Virus record (IMG/VR): IMGVR_UViG_3300042558_003926
Coordinates: 225,652-289,651 of that record
DNA: 64,000 nt
Direction: 5' to 3' (one strand)
Shown here: one piece after another, positions 39,023-47,554 of the stretch
How the letters are laid out: every line of letters starts with the position of its first letter
Numbering within the stretch: the first letter of the stretch is position 1
The notes under the pieces: model-generated
Told to the model about the DNA's origin: nothing
Database searches by the model: none
The model's input: only the letters and a program-made list of their open reading frames with translations
Translations under genes and position numbers: made by a program

Positions 39023-39607
39023 ATGAGTAGAAACATTATTGATTTTGATAATTTCTCTTCAAGCGATTATGAAGCGGGATATTCAGAAGAAGGTCTTAGC
39101 ATCGAAGAAGCATTGGACTTCGTAAATGGTGCGGAACTGGAAGAACTATTAGCTATCAATCTTGACGAGGCAGAGGGAGCAGCACCAGGGGAAGGTATAG
39201 CTTCTGTTATAGCTGGAGGATCACAAGGCATGGCGAAGATTGTACAACAAGGTCTAGAAAAAGCAGGAGTTATCGGTAAAGATAAAAAACCTATGAAATT
39301 GAATCCAAAGGAAGCTTTCGGTAAAGTTACCAGCGGTATTTTGAATCAGGTAGCAGATCCAACTAAGGCAGCTTTATTACTTAGAAACTATTATTCACGC
39401 TTTCTAAACATGAATAAGGTTCCTTGTAATATGATTAACATCGACAGCAAGAAAGAAATGAAGTTTGCTGACTATCAGAAAATGATGCAGGATAAAGCAA
39501 TTAAATCTAAAGGTGGTGTAAAACCAGGAGCACCGGGAGCTAAACCAGGAGCACCGGGAGCTAAACCAGGAGCACCAGCTGCAGGAGCAAAACCTGAAGG
39601 TAAGTAA
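39023..39607 (+). CDS. CTS-like-leader protein with GAKPGAP-repeat tail
   Basis: NIIDFDNF...INLDEAEG; GATATATAAG upstream. Confidence 0.8.
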   Translation: MSRNIIDFDNFSSSDYEAGYSEEGLSIEEALDFVNGAELEELLAINLDEAEGAAPGEGIASVIAGGSQGMAKIVQQGLEKAGVIGKDKKPMKLNPKEAFGKVTSGILNQVADPTKAALLLRNYYSRFLNMNKVPCNMINIDSKKEMKFADYQKMMQDKAIKSKGGVKPGAPGAKPGAPGAKPGAPAAGAKPEGK

Positions 39608-39816
39608 TAAACAACCAAACCTAAATATGAAAAGACTCTTCGGAGTCTTTTTTTGTGGGATCTGGATTGCCTCCTATAAACACCCCGGAACATAGTATGG
39701 TGGTAACATACTCCGCACGCACGTCCGTAATTAACATTAGACTGCTAATAATTTTTTTATTCGTGCTAAAGGACTTATATTTGCTATGTTTAACACTTTA
39801 ACTAAAGATAAACAAA

Positions 39817-40101
39817 ATGAATAGAGAAACTAGATTTGAATCCGGATTAATCGTTTACAAGGGAGACTGGGCTGGTTCACAATGGACTATCACAGGCAAC
39901 ATGAAGCGATCATTCACCATTAAGGAGTTTGAATCAGCTCATGACTTCGAGGACTTCATTAAAGAAAGGATCGATTGCCGAGGTATAGAGTTTGATAGTG
40001 AGTTCTGTCAATTCTTTGCCTACACCAAGACTCCTGAAAGAGCAATCAGGTTTGCCCGGGATATAGAGGCTTACTTCGCTAAGGTCCGAAGACTTCTATA
40101 A
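39817..40101 (+). CDS. hypothetical early protein
   Basis: TATATTTG at 39776. Confidence 0.75.
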   Translation: MNRETRFESGLIVYKGDWAGSQWTITGNMKRSFTIKEFESAHDFEDFIKERIDCRGIEFDSEFCQFFAYTKTPERAIRFARDIEAYFAKVRRLL

Positions 40102-40224
40102 ACAACGGTGAATCCAACTGGCAATCTAGCCCGACAAAATCGGGCTGGAATTTTTTGTGGTTTATTTTTTTTCCTGGACCCTAATGATTACTTTAGCTTT
40201 ATAACCAATTAAAACCAAATAATT

Positions 40225-40563
40225 ATGTTCAATCAACTTTGTGTATGGCCAGGAGTTATCGTAGGATCTACTCCACAAGAACAAGAAGAGTTAGTAAAGT
40301 TCATGAAGAACGAAATGGGAGTTAGAGTTAAGTATCATACCGAGGTGCAAACTCTGCCTGATCTGAACCCATCGGGAAATCCTATTCCAGAGACCGGAGG
40401 TCGTAATGATCTTTTCTTCTTCGTCCACGATGAGGATGTTTCAAAGTTTGCAGTTCCAAGACTTCACTTAGGCATCCGATGGTGGGAGGATGTGATTGTG
40501 TACAACGACAACTCACACCTATACACTCAAGAGTTCATTCAAGCCAATCCTCCCAAATGGTAG
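40225..40563 (+). CDS. hypothetical early protein
   Basis: Early promoter and terminator. Confidence 0.8.
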   Translation: MFNQLCVWPGVIVGSTPQEQEELVKFMKNEMGVRVKYHTEVQTLPDLNPSGNPIPETGGRNDLFFFVHDEDVSKFAVPRLHLGIRWWEDVIVYNDNSHLYTQEFIQANPPKW

Positions 40564-40644
40564 GATCTGGTCTCTGAATAATCTAAATCCTCAGTTTCCC
40601 CGCTGAGGATTTTTTGTGTGCGCTGAATTCGCAGCAGCTGGTAA

Positions 40645-40661
40645 CACCGTTGCCAACGGTG
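40645..40661. repeat. CACC-N9-GGTG palindrome
   Basis: CACCGTTG-C-CAACGGTG, perfect. Confidence 0.8.
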
Positions 40662-40761
40662 GATGGGCGGAGAGCTGGAGGGAACTTATTTTCCCCTGAA
40701 TCGGATTTTCCCCGTAATAGGATGTTACTTTTGAATTATACTTATACATAAAAAGAATTAA

Positions 40762-41178
40762 ATGACAACGGTATTCTTCTTACTCACAATCCTCTTCCTT
40801 CTATACGAGGTGTATGGGATAATCAACACTCGAAGCTTATACGAGTTTAAAAAGTCAGTTGCTGATAAGTCAAAGTTTAATTCCGAGGAGGATAGATCTG
40901 CAGGTTGTCTTTATCTATTCATTATACTACCATACTTCTTCTGGGGTGTCCTCGGTGTTGCCCTTAGCGATCAATGGATTTCTTTCGTTATACTCTTTGC
41001 AATCGGAATCGTTACTTCAATAATTTCTAATGGGCTTAAAAGAATAGGTCACCCCGACGGTGTGGTCAAGATGCTCTGGCTAAAGATAGATGCTTTAGCT
41101 TCTGCAATCATGTTGGTTGATATCTTCATGGTTCACTTCAGAGGCGATGTGTACACTTCAATTCTGGTTTTGTTTTAG
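40762..41178 (+). CDS. four-TM membrane protein
   Basis: Four hydrophobic helices. Confidence 0.75.
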   Translation: MTTVFFLLTILFLLYEVYGIINTRSLYEFKKSVADKSKFNSEEDRSAGCLYLFIILPYFFWGVLGVALSDQWISFVILFAIGIVTSIISNGLKRIGHPDGVVKMLWLKIDALASAIMLVDIFMVHFRGDVYTSILVLF

Positions 41179-41358
41179 GTTTGGTTTTTTAAATTGGTAA
41201 ATCTGGGTCAGCATACGTCCCAGATTTTTTTGTGGGAAAAGCTTGGATGTCCATGCAGAACACCGTTGGTAAACTTTTTTCAATTTTATCCCGGGTTAAT
41301 TTTTTTTCCCGGTTAAGATCCCTTACTTTTATATCATAACCAATTAAAACAAAACAAA

Positions 41359-41502
41359 ATGAAAACAGCAGGAAAAATCGCAACAGTTACTTTGCAAGTT
41401 TGGTCAGCAGCATTAGCTTTAACTTTAGTAGTAGCAATCGTATTTGCAATCGTTCAGGTTGTGACAGGCAACTACCACGGTACTGCATCTAGAGAATTCT
41501 AA
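41359..41502 (+). CDS. 47-aa membrane peptide
   Basis: Read manually behind an early promoter. Confidence 0.65.
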   Translation: MKTAGKIATVTLQVWSAALALTLVVAIVFAIVQVVTGNYHGTASREF

Positions 41503-41576
41503 AGCAAAAACATTTTCTTGAATCAATCTGAGAGCCTGGTCCACACCAGGCTTTTTTGTGTCCATAGGTTTCCCAT

Positions 41577-41620
41577 AGGTTTTCAGAGGTTTTCAGAGGT
41601 TTTCAGAGGTTTTCAGATGT
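41577..41620. repeat. 10-nt tandem repeat (GGTTTTCAGA)x4
   Basis: Seen between a terminator and a palindrome. Confidence 0.8.
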
Positions 41621-41632
41621 TACAGCTGGATT

Positions 41633-41649
41633 CACCGTCGGCAACGGTG
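41633..41649. repeat. CACC-N9-GGTG palindrome
   Basis: CACCGTCG-G-CAACGGTG. Confidence 0.8.
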
Positions 41650-41656
41650 TTACCAG

Positions 41657-41920
41657 TTATAGCATAGGATTCGATGTTGCAGAATCAGGAACTCTGATGA
41701 TGATTGAATCTCCAAATCGGTCAACACCAAATCCAGTTGGAGATAGATTTCTGTAATAATCTAGGTAATAATCTGTACGATCAAAGCCCTCGGTGTTCTC
41801 ACTCTCTCTTACGCAATTAGGAACTATACGTCCATTCTTTTTCTTAGTACCAATCTGCTTGTATCCTTTCCAACAAGGATTGGCTTTTTCTTTTAGAAAA
41901 TCTGAATAAGTTAGAATCAT
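41657..41920 (-). CDS. CTS-leader protein, antisense island
   Basis: MILTYSDFLKE; NPCWKGYKQIGTKKKNGRIVPNCV motif; AATATATAG upstream. Confidence 0.8.
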   Translation of the reverse strand: MILTYSDFLKEKANPCWKGYKQIGTKKKNGRIVPNCVRESENTEGFDRTDYYLDYYRNLSPTGFGVDRFGDSIIIRVPDSATSNPML

Positions 41921-42020
41921 GCTCTATATATTTACCCCGGCCGAAAATAATCACGGGTTAATTTTTTTTCCCGGGCTAGATGGATTATATTTACTTCATA
42001 ACCAATTAAAACAAAAAACC

Positions 42021-42197
42021 ATGAAAACATTAGCTTTCAGAATCAATCTAGTTATTGCAACACTTTGCATGTTAGTATCAGCAGCAGGTTTCTTTGGAGC
42101 AATCCTAACCGGTCATCTGTTTCAAGGAGTCTTTTTTGGATTTCTCACGGTGATTGCCATAGGCATACTTAAACTCACTATAGAAGAATCCGCATAA
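42021..42197 (+). CDS. two-TM membrane protein
   Basis: Start moved to MKTLAF behind the early promoter. Confidence 0.7.
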   Translation: MKTLAFRINLVIATLCMLVSAAGFFGAILTGHLFQGVFFGFLTVIAIGILKLTIEESA

Positions 42198-42319
42198 AAA
42201 ATTAGGTTAGGTTGGTTAAGTGAGTAAGAAGTCCCGGAGCAATCTGGGACTTTTTTGTGGTGTGTGGATATGCAGCATCCGATCAGATCTGCACATTCAC
42301 CTCGGTCAACGGTGAAAGG

Positions 42320-42532
42320 ATGTTGAATCTTGTAGAGTTATATACAATAAAAAGAGAAGCTATGAGAAAGAAAGGATTAAAACTCAGAAACTCATGGGGC
42401 AGAGGTTTGCAATGGGACAAACTTCACATTTACCTCAGAGTTGGCCCGTTGGTACTATTCCAACTAGACACTGACTGGTCAAACCGCCGGTTTACATTAG
42501 CTGTACTGAACTTTAAGATCACTAATAAGTAG
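42320..42532 (+). CDS. basic hypothetical protein
   Basis: ORF followed by terminator; start uncertain. Confidence 0.5.
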   Translation: MLNLVELYTIKREAMRKKGLKLRNSWGRGLQWDKLHIYLRVGPLVLFQLDTDWSNRRFTLAVLNFKITNK

Positions 42533-42628
42533 AGATATGGTTTAGTAAGAGAAAGCTCCTTATGGAGCTTTTTTTGTCCGAGGTGTTTCCCATTTAAAAT
42601 GATATATATAAAAAAATAAAAAACTCAC

Positions 42629-42910
42629 ATGAACGCGAACATTCTTGAATTTGATGATTTCTCTAATGAATCGATTATGCCTAGACCTGATGGAAGAAAA
42701 GTACCTGCACCACACTTTCCGCTAACACCCGAGGAGAAAGTGGTGATAGATGATTTTAAGGCAGAAGTTGAAAGAGCTCTTGTACAGGAGATTGTTAGGC
42801 CAAACTTTGGAGCCAACAAATACAGTTCTAGACCTAAGACACTAAAAGAGCTGATTGAAGATTTACAATCAGTAATAACAGATTTTGCTCCGAAAGCTAA
42901 ATCAAGATAA
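42629..42910 (+). CDS. CTS-like-leader protein
   Basis: NILEFDDFSNES; GATATATA upstream. Confidence 0.75.
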   Translation: MNANILEFDDFSNESIMPRPDGRKVPAPHFPLTPEEKVVIDDFKAEVERALVQEIVRPNFGANKYSSRPKTLKELIEDLQSVITDFAPKAKSR

Positions 42911-43020
42911 TCACATTGCAGCACATGCATTACACCGAGGGCTAGAAAAAATCTAGTCCTTTATTTTTTTTCCTGGACATGAATACTTATATTTACTTAT
43001 AACCAATTAAACAAATCATT

Positions 43021-43119
43021 ATGTCAAAGCAAACAAAAAAGGGAAAGAAATCAATTAAATCTGCAAACATTCAGGCTCAGGAATGGGATAACGATTCTTG
43101 GGCAACTCAGAGAGGATAA
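43021..43119 (+). CDS. 32-aa peptide
   Basis: Read manually behind the last early promoter; terminator follows. Confidence 0.5.
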   Translation: MSKQTKKGKKSIKSANIQAQEWDNDSWATQRG

Positions 43120-43379
43120 GTTTGGAGTCAGATCCCAAGCAGGCGAAGAACCGGGGTAGTGCCCGGTTTTTTTTGTGGACCAGGTTTTCCTATGGGAAGA
43201 ATAGATTCAACACCGCTGGCCGAGGTGAATTGAGGGAGGCATCCAAGGGTCCCAAAAGGACCCCAGATGGGATCCAGATAGGACCAGGAGAGCTCATGAG
43301 ATTCACCCCGGCCAATTCATCCACGGTGAAAAAGAAGATAGCTATGGGAATCCAGGAAATCTTCTTCTTTCACATCCCG

Positions 43380-43720
43380 GGGTGTTACTCATAAGCAAGC
43401 ATAAAAACTTTAAGCTTGCTTCTTGTCTTCTTAGATGTACCCGCGGTGAAACTCTTATAGTTCTGCGAAAAGCTATGCTTTCTGCTTTCTCTAAAAAAAG
43501 GCCCCCTTGCCCATATGGTGGAGGGGGGTAAAATTAGGGTCCTCTCTATAGGGTACTAGGCCCCCTCGTATACAGGGCCTTTTTAGGGGGTGGGGAAGGC
43601 TAAGGGGAAGGGTCCCTTATTTAGGGGTCCCCAGAAAGAGTCTAATTAGGGGTCCCTCAGCAGGGTCCATTTGAGGGGGCCTCGTATACAGGGAGAAGCA
43701 GCCCGTGCAAAACGCTGAGG
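43380..43720. repeat. GC/G-rich non-coding block
   Basis: TTAGGG(G) units, CCTCGTATACAGGG direct repeat (43564, 43680), G-quadruplex-type run 43586-43612. Confidence 0.6.
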
Positions 43721-43784
43721 ACCGAGTTCTATTAAATGAGCTTCCATGACAACAAGCTCCATCCAGTCAACCGATATATAGCAC

Positions 43785-44414
43785 ATGAAACACATAAAAG
43801 GATTTGGATTGTTTGAAGCAGTTATCATGCCATCCAAGATAGAAGATGATGCTCCTGTGAATTCTTTTGAATCAGCGGTAGAGTTCGGTCGGAGAAATGG
43901 ATTTGAAGTTGTTGACTATGACGAGTTCTATAACTCTCTAGGAGAAGCAGATAAGAGAACTGCACCACCAAGAAGAGGCACGCCTTTCTTTGCTCTCTTC
44001 CATCCCATCAGAAAAATCCCTATGTTTGTTCTTGCTGATCCGAATGCTACAAGGATCATTCCCAACTTCAAAGAGATCATGCTAGATATCATCGGTCATG
44101 AGATGGTACACTCGGAGCAATTAAGAAGAAGAGGAGGTATAGAATTTGCTCTTCCAGATCCTTTAGATAAAAAAGCTTACTTCTCCAACAAGGAGGAGAT
44201 CATGGCATTCTCGTTCACTATCGCCAATGATCTAGCTAAAACACAAAGCAATCCAGAGGAGGCCATGAAAGAATTGGATAGGGTAACTCCATTCTCGCCA
44301 AGAGGTCCACAGTATAAGATGGTCTGGGATTCTATTAGAAGAAACTGTGACGAAAAGACAATCAGAAAATACCGTAAGTACATCTACATGTATTTGACCA
44401 AAATGCTGAACTAG
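43785..44414 (+). CDS. CTS-leader protein with zincin-like HExxH motif
   Basis: MKHIKGFGLFEA; IGHEMVHSEQ...KEEIMAFS. Confidence 0.7.
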   Translation: MKHIKGFGLFEAVIMPSKIEDDAPVNSFESAVEFGRRNGFEVVDYDEFYNSLGEADKRTAPPRRGTPFFALFHPIRKIPMFVLADPNATRIIPNFKEIMLDIIGHEMVHSEQLRRRGGIEFALPDPLDKKAYFSNKEEIMAFSFTIANDLAKTQSNPEEAMKELDRVTPFSPRGPQYKMVWDSIRRNCDEKTIRKYRKYIYMYLTKMLN

Positions 44415-44438
44415 AGAAGAAAGAAAATATATACATTC

Positions 44439-45992
44439 ATGGAAAGGATAAAACTATTTGAAGCATTCGAGGGAAGATCTCCAGAGATTAGATCTTATCT
44501 GAATATGTTCGGTTCTCTAAGCGAGAACATAGCAGCTGCAAAGTCATTCATGCAGAGGGAGTACGCAAAGAAAAAGAAAATAGATCCCAAGGATCTAACT
44601 CCGGAAGAAAGAGAGCAGGCTTTAGATAATAGAGGCTACAAGGAGATACTGAAGCTCATTGGGGACAAGCACGGATACGCATCTGCATTTGTCAAGTTTC
44701 ACTTTGAGCAGGGTGTGCCTATTAATCTTCCGGGTAGAGCAGATGGGGATGGAGAGATTAGAGATCTCGCCTCTCTATTCAATCTGATGATCACCAAGAA
44801 ACACGTGGTGTCCAGAATACCTATGAATATCGATCAGTATGCTGCATCCGATGAGATAAACGGGGTTAGTGGATTTGAGGCTCTAACTGATGCTATCAGA
44901 ACCATAGAGAGAGCCGATGGTGCTAAATGGTTTACGGATAGACTACCTAAGAAATCAAGAGATGGCTTCAGAAGCATGTCCCCCGAGGACAAGAACAGGG
45001 TGATCAATGCAGCTTATGCTCTAGAGGATCTCGGAAAGGAGGTCACCGAGAGATTGCTTTCCAAGATTAAAGCCATGGATTCTTGGACTATAGATCAGGT
45101 GATGGATTACACCAACAACTACCTCTCTGGATACAGTAATCTTGAGATGAAGAAGAAAATGGACGAGATAGCAGAGCTAGAACCAGGTGCTGGTGTACTC
45201 TACTTTGATGACAAGTATCTAGCTATTACGGTTAGAACAGATAAGGCTCAAAGAGCTCTTTGCTCCATAGCTAACTGGTGCATTAACCGTGGATCCTTTA
45301 ACAACTATGCAGGAGAAGGAAGCCGAGGAAAGGGAATCCAGGTCAACATCTTCGATTACACCAAAGATCCCACAGATCCATATTTCCTAACAGGCACAAC
45401 AATCAGCAATGACGGTAGAGTTACTGACTCTCACGACATCAACGACAGAAGCATCAAAAAAGGTACAGAACCAGGAGTTCATTTTAAAGGTCTAGGTTAT
45501 CCTCAGGACATGGTGGATGATCTAGTAAAAGGTATTCCCATAGAGATAGCAACCAAGAAGATTCTAGATTCTTTAGGTACAGCCAATGCACTGGAGATGA
45601 TTAAGAACCTTATCCAATTAAGAAAGGGATTGATCGCTGGAAGAGTGTCTGATGACATCTGGGGAAAAGCACTTCAGATCTCTTCGGATATAATCAAGGA
45701 AGATTCAGATATAAAGGTAAGCACTATAATACAGCGTTTCAAAGAAAGCGGTATTGTAACCGAGAATGGTCTCGTGGTCTTTAAAGCTCTGGCTGGTGAC
45801 GCCTACACAAGAGAGGATGCTAAAGCCATTATCGAGATGAGCGAGAGAAACTTTAACAATATGGTGTACCTTTTAGAGCTTTATGATGAAGGACTCATAT
45901 CTAATAAAAGTAGTGACATCAATCAAGATGCCATTAGAGAAACCATTAAAAACAAAGACGAAGTGCTAGCTAAGCTGAAAGAGGAGCTATAG
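44439..45992 (+). CDS. large CTS-leader protein
   Basis: MERIKLFEAF; internal ALCSIANWCI motif seen in large-phage proteins. Confidence 0.8.
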   Translation: MERIKLFEAFEGRSPEIRSYLNMFGSLSENIAAAKSFMQREYAKKKKIDPKDLTPEEREQALDNRGYKEILKLIGDKHGYASAFVKFHFEQGVPINLPGRADGDGEIRDLASLFNLMITKKHVVSRIPMNIDQYAASDEINGVSGFEALTDAIRTIERADGAKWFTDRLPKKSRDGFRSMSPEDKNRVINAAYALEDLGKEVTERLLSKIKAMDSWTIDQVMDYTNNYLSGYSNLEMKKKMDEIAELEPGAGVLYFDDKYLAITVRTDKAQRALCSIANWCINRGSFNNYAGEGSRGKGIQVNIFDYTKDPTDPYFLTGTTISNDGRVTDSHDINDRSIKKGTEPGVHFKGLGYPQDMVDDLVKGIPIEIATKKILDSLGTANALEMIKNLIQLRKGLIAGRVSDDIWGKALQISSDIIKEDSDIKVSTIIQRFKESGIVTENGLVVFKALAGDAYTREDAKAIIEMSERNFNNMVYLLELYDEGLISNKSSDINQDAIRETIKNKDEVLAKLKEEL

Positions 45993-46042
45993 AATCTCAG
46001 AAACTTTTCGTCGTTTGAGTGTATAAAGGTTAAACCCTGTTC

Positions 46043-46249
46043 ATGACAAAGTCCCGTATTAGATTTCATAGATTCTTCACCTTCATGTTGATGTTAATCA
46101 TGCTCATCATCCTGGTAGACACACTGCCTCAGATGATCATGTATGGCATCGCAGGTTGGCAACTAGGGGCCTGGGGCAATCTTCTGTATGCTCGGCTAAT
46201 GGAGATAACAGTGGATCCCTATGATGAGTCTAAGGGAGTGGATGAGTAG
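46043..46249 (+). CDS. small membrane protein
   Basis: Hydrophobic N-terminal half. Confidence 0.65.
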   Translation: MTKSRIRFHRFFTFMLMLIMLIILVDTLPQMIMYGIAGWQLGAWGNLLYARLMEITVDPYDESKGVDE

Positions 46250-46300
46250 GATCGGATTATGTTCCGTCTCTCGTGATACATAAGATAAAATAGATAAGCT

Positions 46301-46504
46301 ATGACAGATTCAAATTCAAATCCAGGTAATCCTTTCTCTTTCATGGTGACTTTGCTTTTTGCTTTGATCGCTTATGTCAGCATCATGTTAATGTCTTCTT
46401 GTAAGTCTTCCAAGACACACTGTGATGCCTATGGAGATCTTAAGAGACAGCATGATGCGTATCACGGTAAAGAAGTGACTGTGGTTAAAGAAGTAACCAA
46501 ATAG
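46301..46504 (+). CDS. small lipoprotein-like protein
   Basis: TM helix then SSCKSSKTHCDAY. Confidence 0.65.
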   Translation: MTDSNSNPGNPFSFMVTLLFALIAYVSIMLMSSCKSSKTHCDAYGDLKRQHDAYHGKEVTVVKEVTK

Positions 46505-46506
46505 GC

Positions 46507-46731
46507 ATGGGAGATCACAGACACACCACTACCCAATGCACCTCAGTGCCTGTGAGCACCCCGCATGGAGACGGAGAGCTACAGGCTCTTTACATATCTG
46601 AGCTTGGCTTCCTGATGGCCAAGGTCTACTTCAAAGAGACTGGGGTCTGGACCACATGGAATCTCGGACCTCATGACATTCGTAAATCACCACTCTCTAA
46701 GGCTATCCACGATCAGGAGTGGGTTTTATAA
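46507..46731 (+). CDS. hypothetical protein
   Basis: ORF track. Confidence 0.65.
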   Translation: MGDHRHTTTQCTSVPVSTPHGDGELQALYISELGFLMAKVYFKETGVWTTWNLGPHDIRKSPLSKAIHDQEWVL

Positions 46732-46740
46732 TACACCTCT

Positions 46741-46872
46741 ATGCTACGTAAACTCTGGAGAACTATAGACAGAAAAGTGATGGATACATCTGACTACACC
46801 TTAGCTATGCTTTTGATAGGTTTGGTTATAGGTACATTTGCTGCTCTCTGTCTACTAACTCTTCTACCATAA
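46741..46872 (+). CDS. 43-aa membrane peptide
   Basis: Read manually; C-terminal TM helix. Confidence 0.45.
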   Translation: MLRKLWRTIDRKVMDTSDYTLAMLLIGLVIGTFAALCLLTLLP

Positions 46873-46885
46873 CAATATATAGTTT

Positions 46886-47278
46886 ATGAAACATCTTAGA
46901 AGATTTAATGAGAGCGCAAACACAAACCTAGAGGAGATTACTCCAGGTAGATTTGTGTATCACTTGTCTGCACCAGTATACAGAGACCAGATAGAAAGAA
47001 TCGGGTTACTTCCTAAAAGAGGGGAACAGTGGTTAACCAATACTCCAATTGAGGGAGAAGCTATATTTGCAACTGATAGTGATAACGAGGAAGATTGGTA
47101 CGATTCCTCTTATGATGACGATGTTTATGAGATAGACACGGATAAAATTAGTAATAAGTGGTACGTGGATCCTAATTTCCAAGTTCAAGACTACTCCAAA
47201 CACATAGTTACCTTTGATAAAATACCTTCATCTGCAATCTCTCTAATACATAGAGGAACTGGGGATTCTAAATACTAG
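46886..47278 (+). CDS. CTS-leader ADP-ribosyltransferase-fold protein
   Basis: MKHLRRFNES; FVYHLS...IERIGLLP...AIFAT. Confidence 0.6.
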   Translation: MKHLRRFNESANTNLEEITPGRFVYHLSAPVYRDQIERIGLLPKRGEQWLTNTPIEGEAIFATDSDNEEDWYDSSYDDDVYEIDTDKISNKWYVDPNFQVQDYSKHIVTFDKIPSSAISLIHRGTGDSKY

Positions 47279-47287
47279 ACTATACCC

Positions 47288-47350
47288 ACTTTGCATATTT
47301 AGACGGTTTCACTTTGCATATTTAGACCGTTTTGCTACTCACTTTTAGAC
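47288..47350. repeat. 22-nt direct repeats, iteron-like
   Basis: CACTTTGCATATTTAGAC(G/C)GTTT x2 plus a partial third copy. Confidence 0.65.
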
Positions 47351-47554
47351 TCATATAACATAGACATATCCCTGGAGGCCGGCCCTCCTGGAGCACCCAC
47401 CCCAAATTTTGGCCCCCGGCCAAATCTGGAACCCCCAGTTTTAGACCCGGGGGATGCAGGTCCTTTCTATGGGGGACCCAAACCGCGTTTTCACGCACGC
47501 GAAAGGACGGAGAGTACGGGGATGATGGCGGGATATATAGACGAGGATATGCCT

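Larger units (their letters stand above)
15605..43010 (+). promoter_or_regulatory. family of about 30 early promoters: T6-8(A)TCCYGG-N~10-TAnnTTT(G/A)-N~6-AACCAATTAAAA
   Basis: -7-like elements at e.g. 15632, 16146, 23590, 25346, 27806, 30826, 34577, 35477, 35967, 39776, 40726; matches the Bacteroidota TAnnTTTG consensus. Confidence 0.8.

Noticed and set aside
43098-43837. ORFs 43098..43394 and 43646..43837; likewise 13646..13840 and 14714..14923
   Set aside because: They cross terminators, palindromes or GC-rich repeat blocks and have atypical composition.
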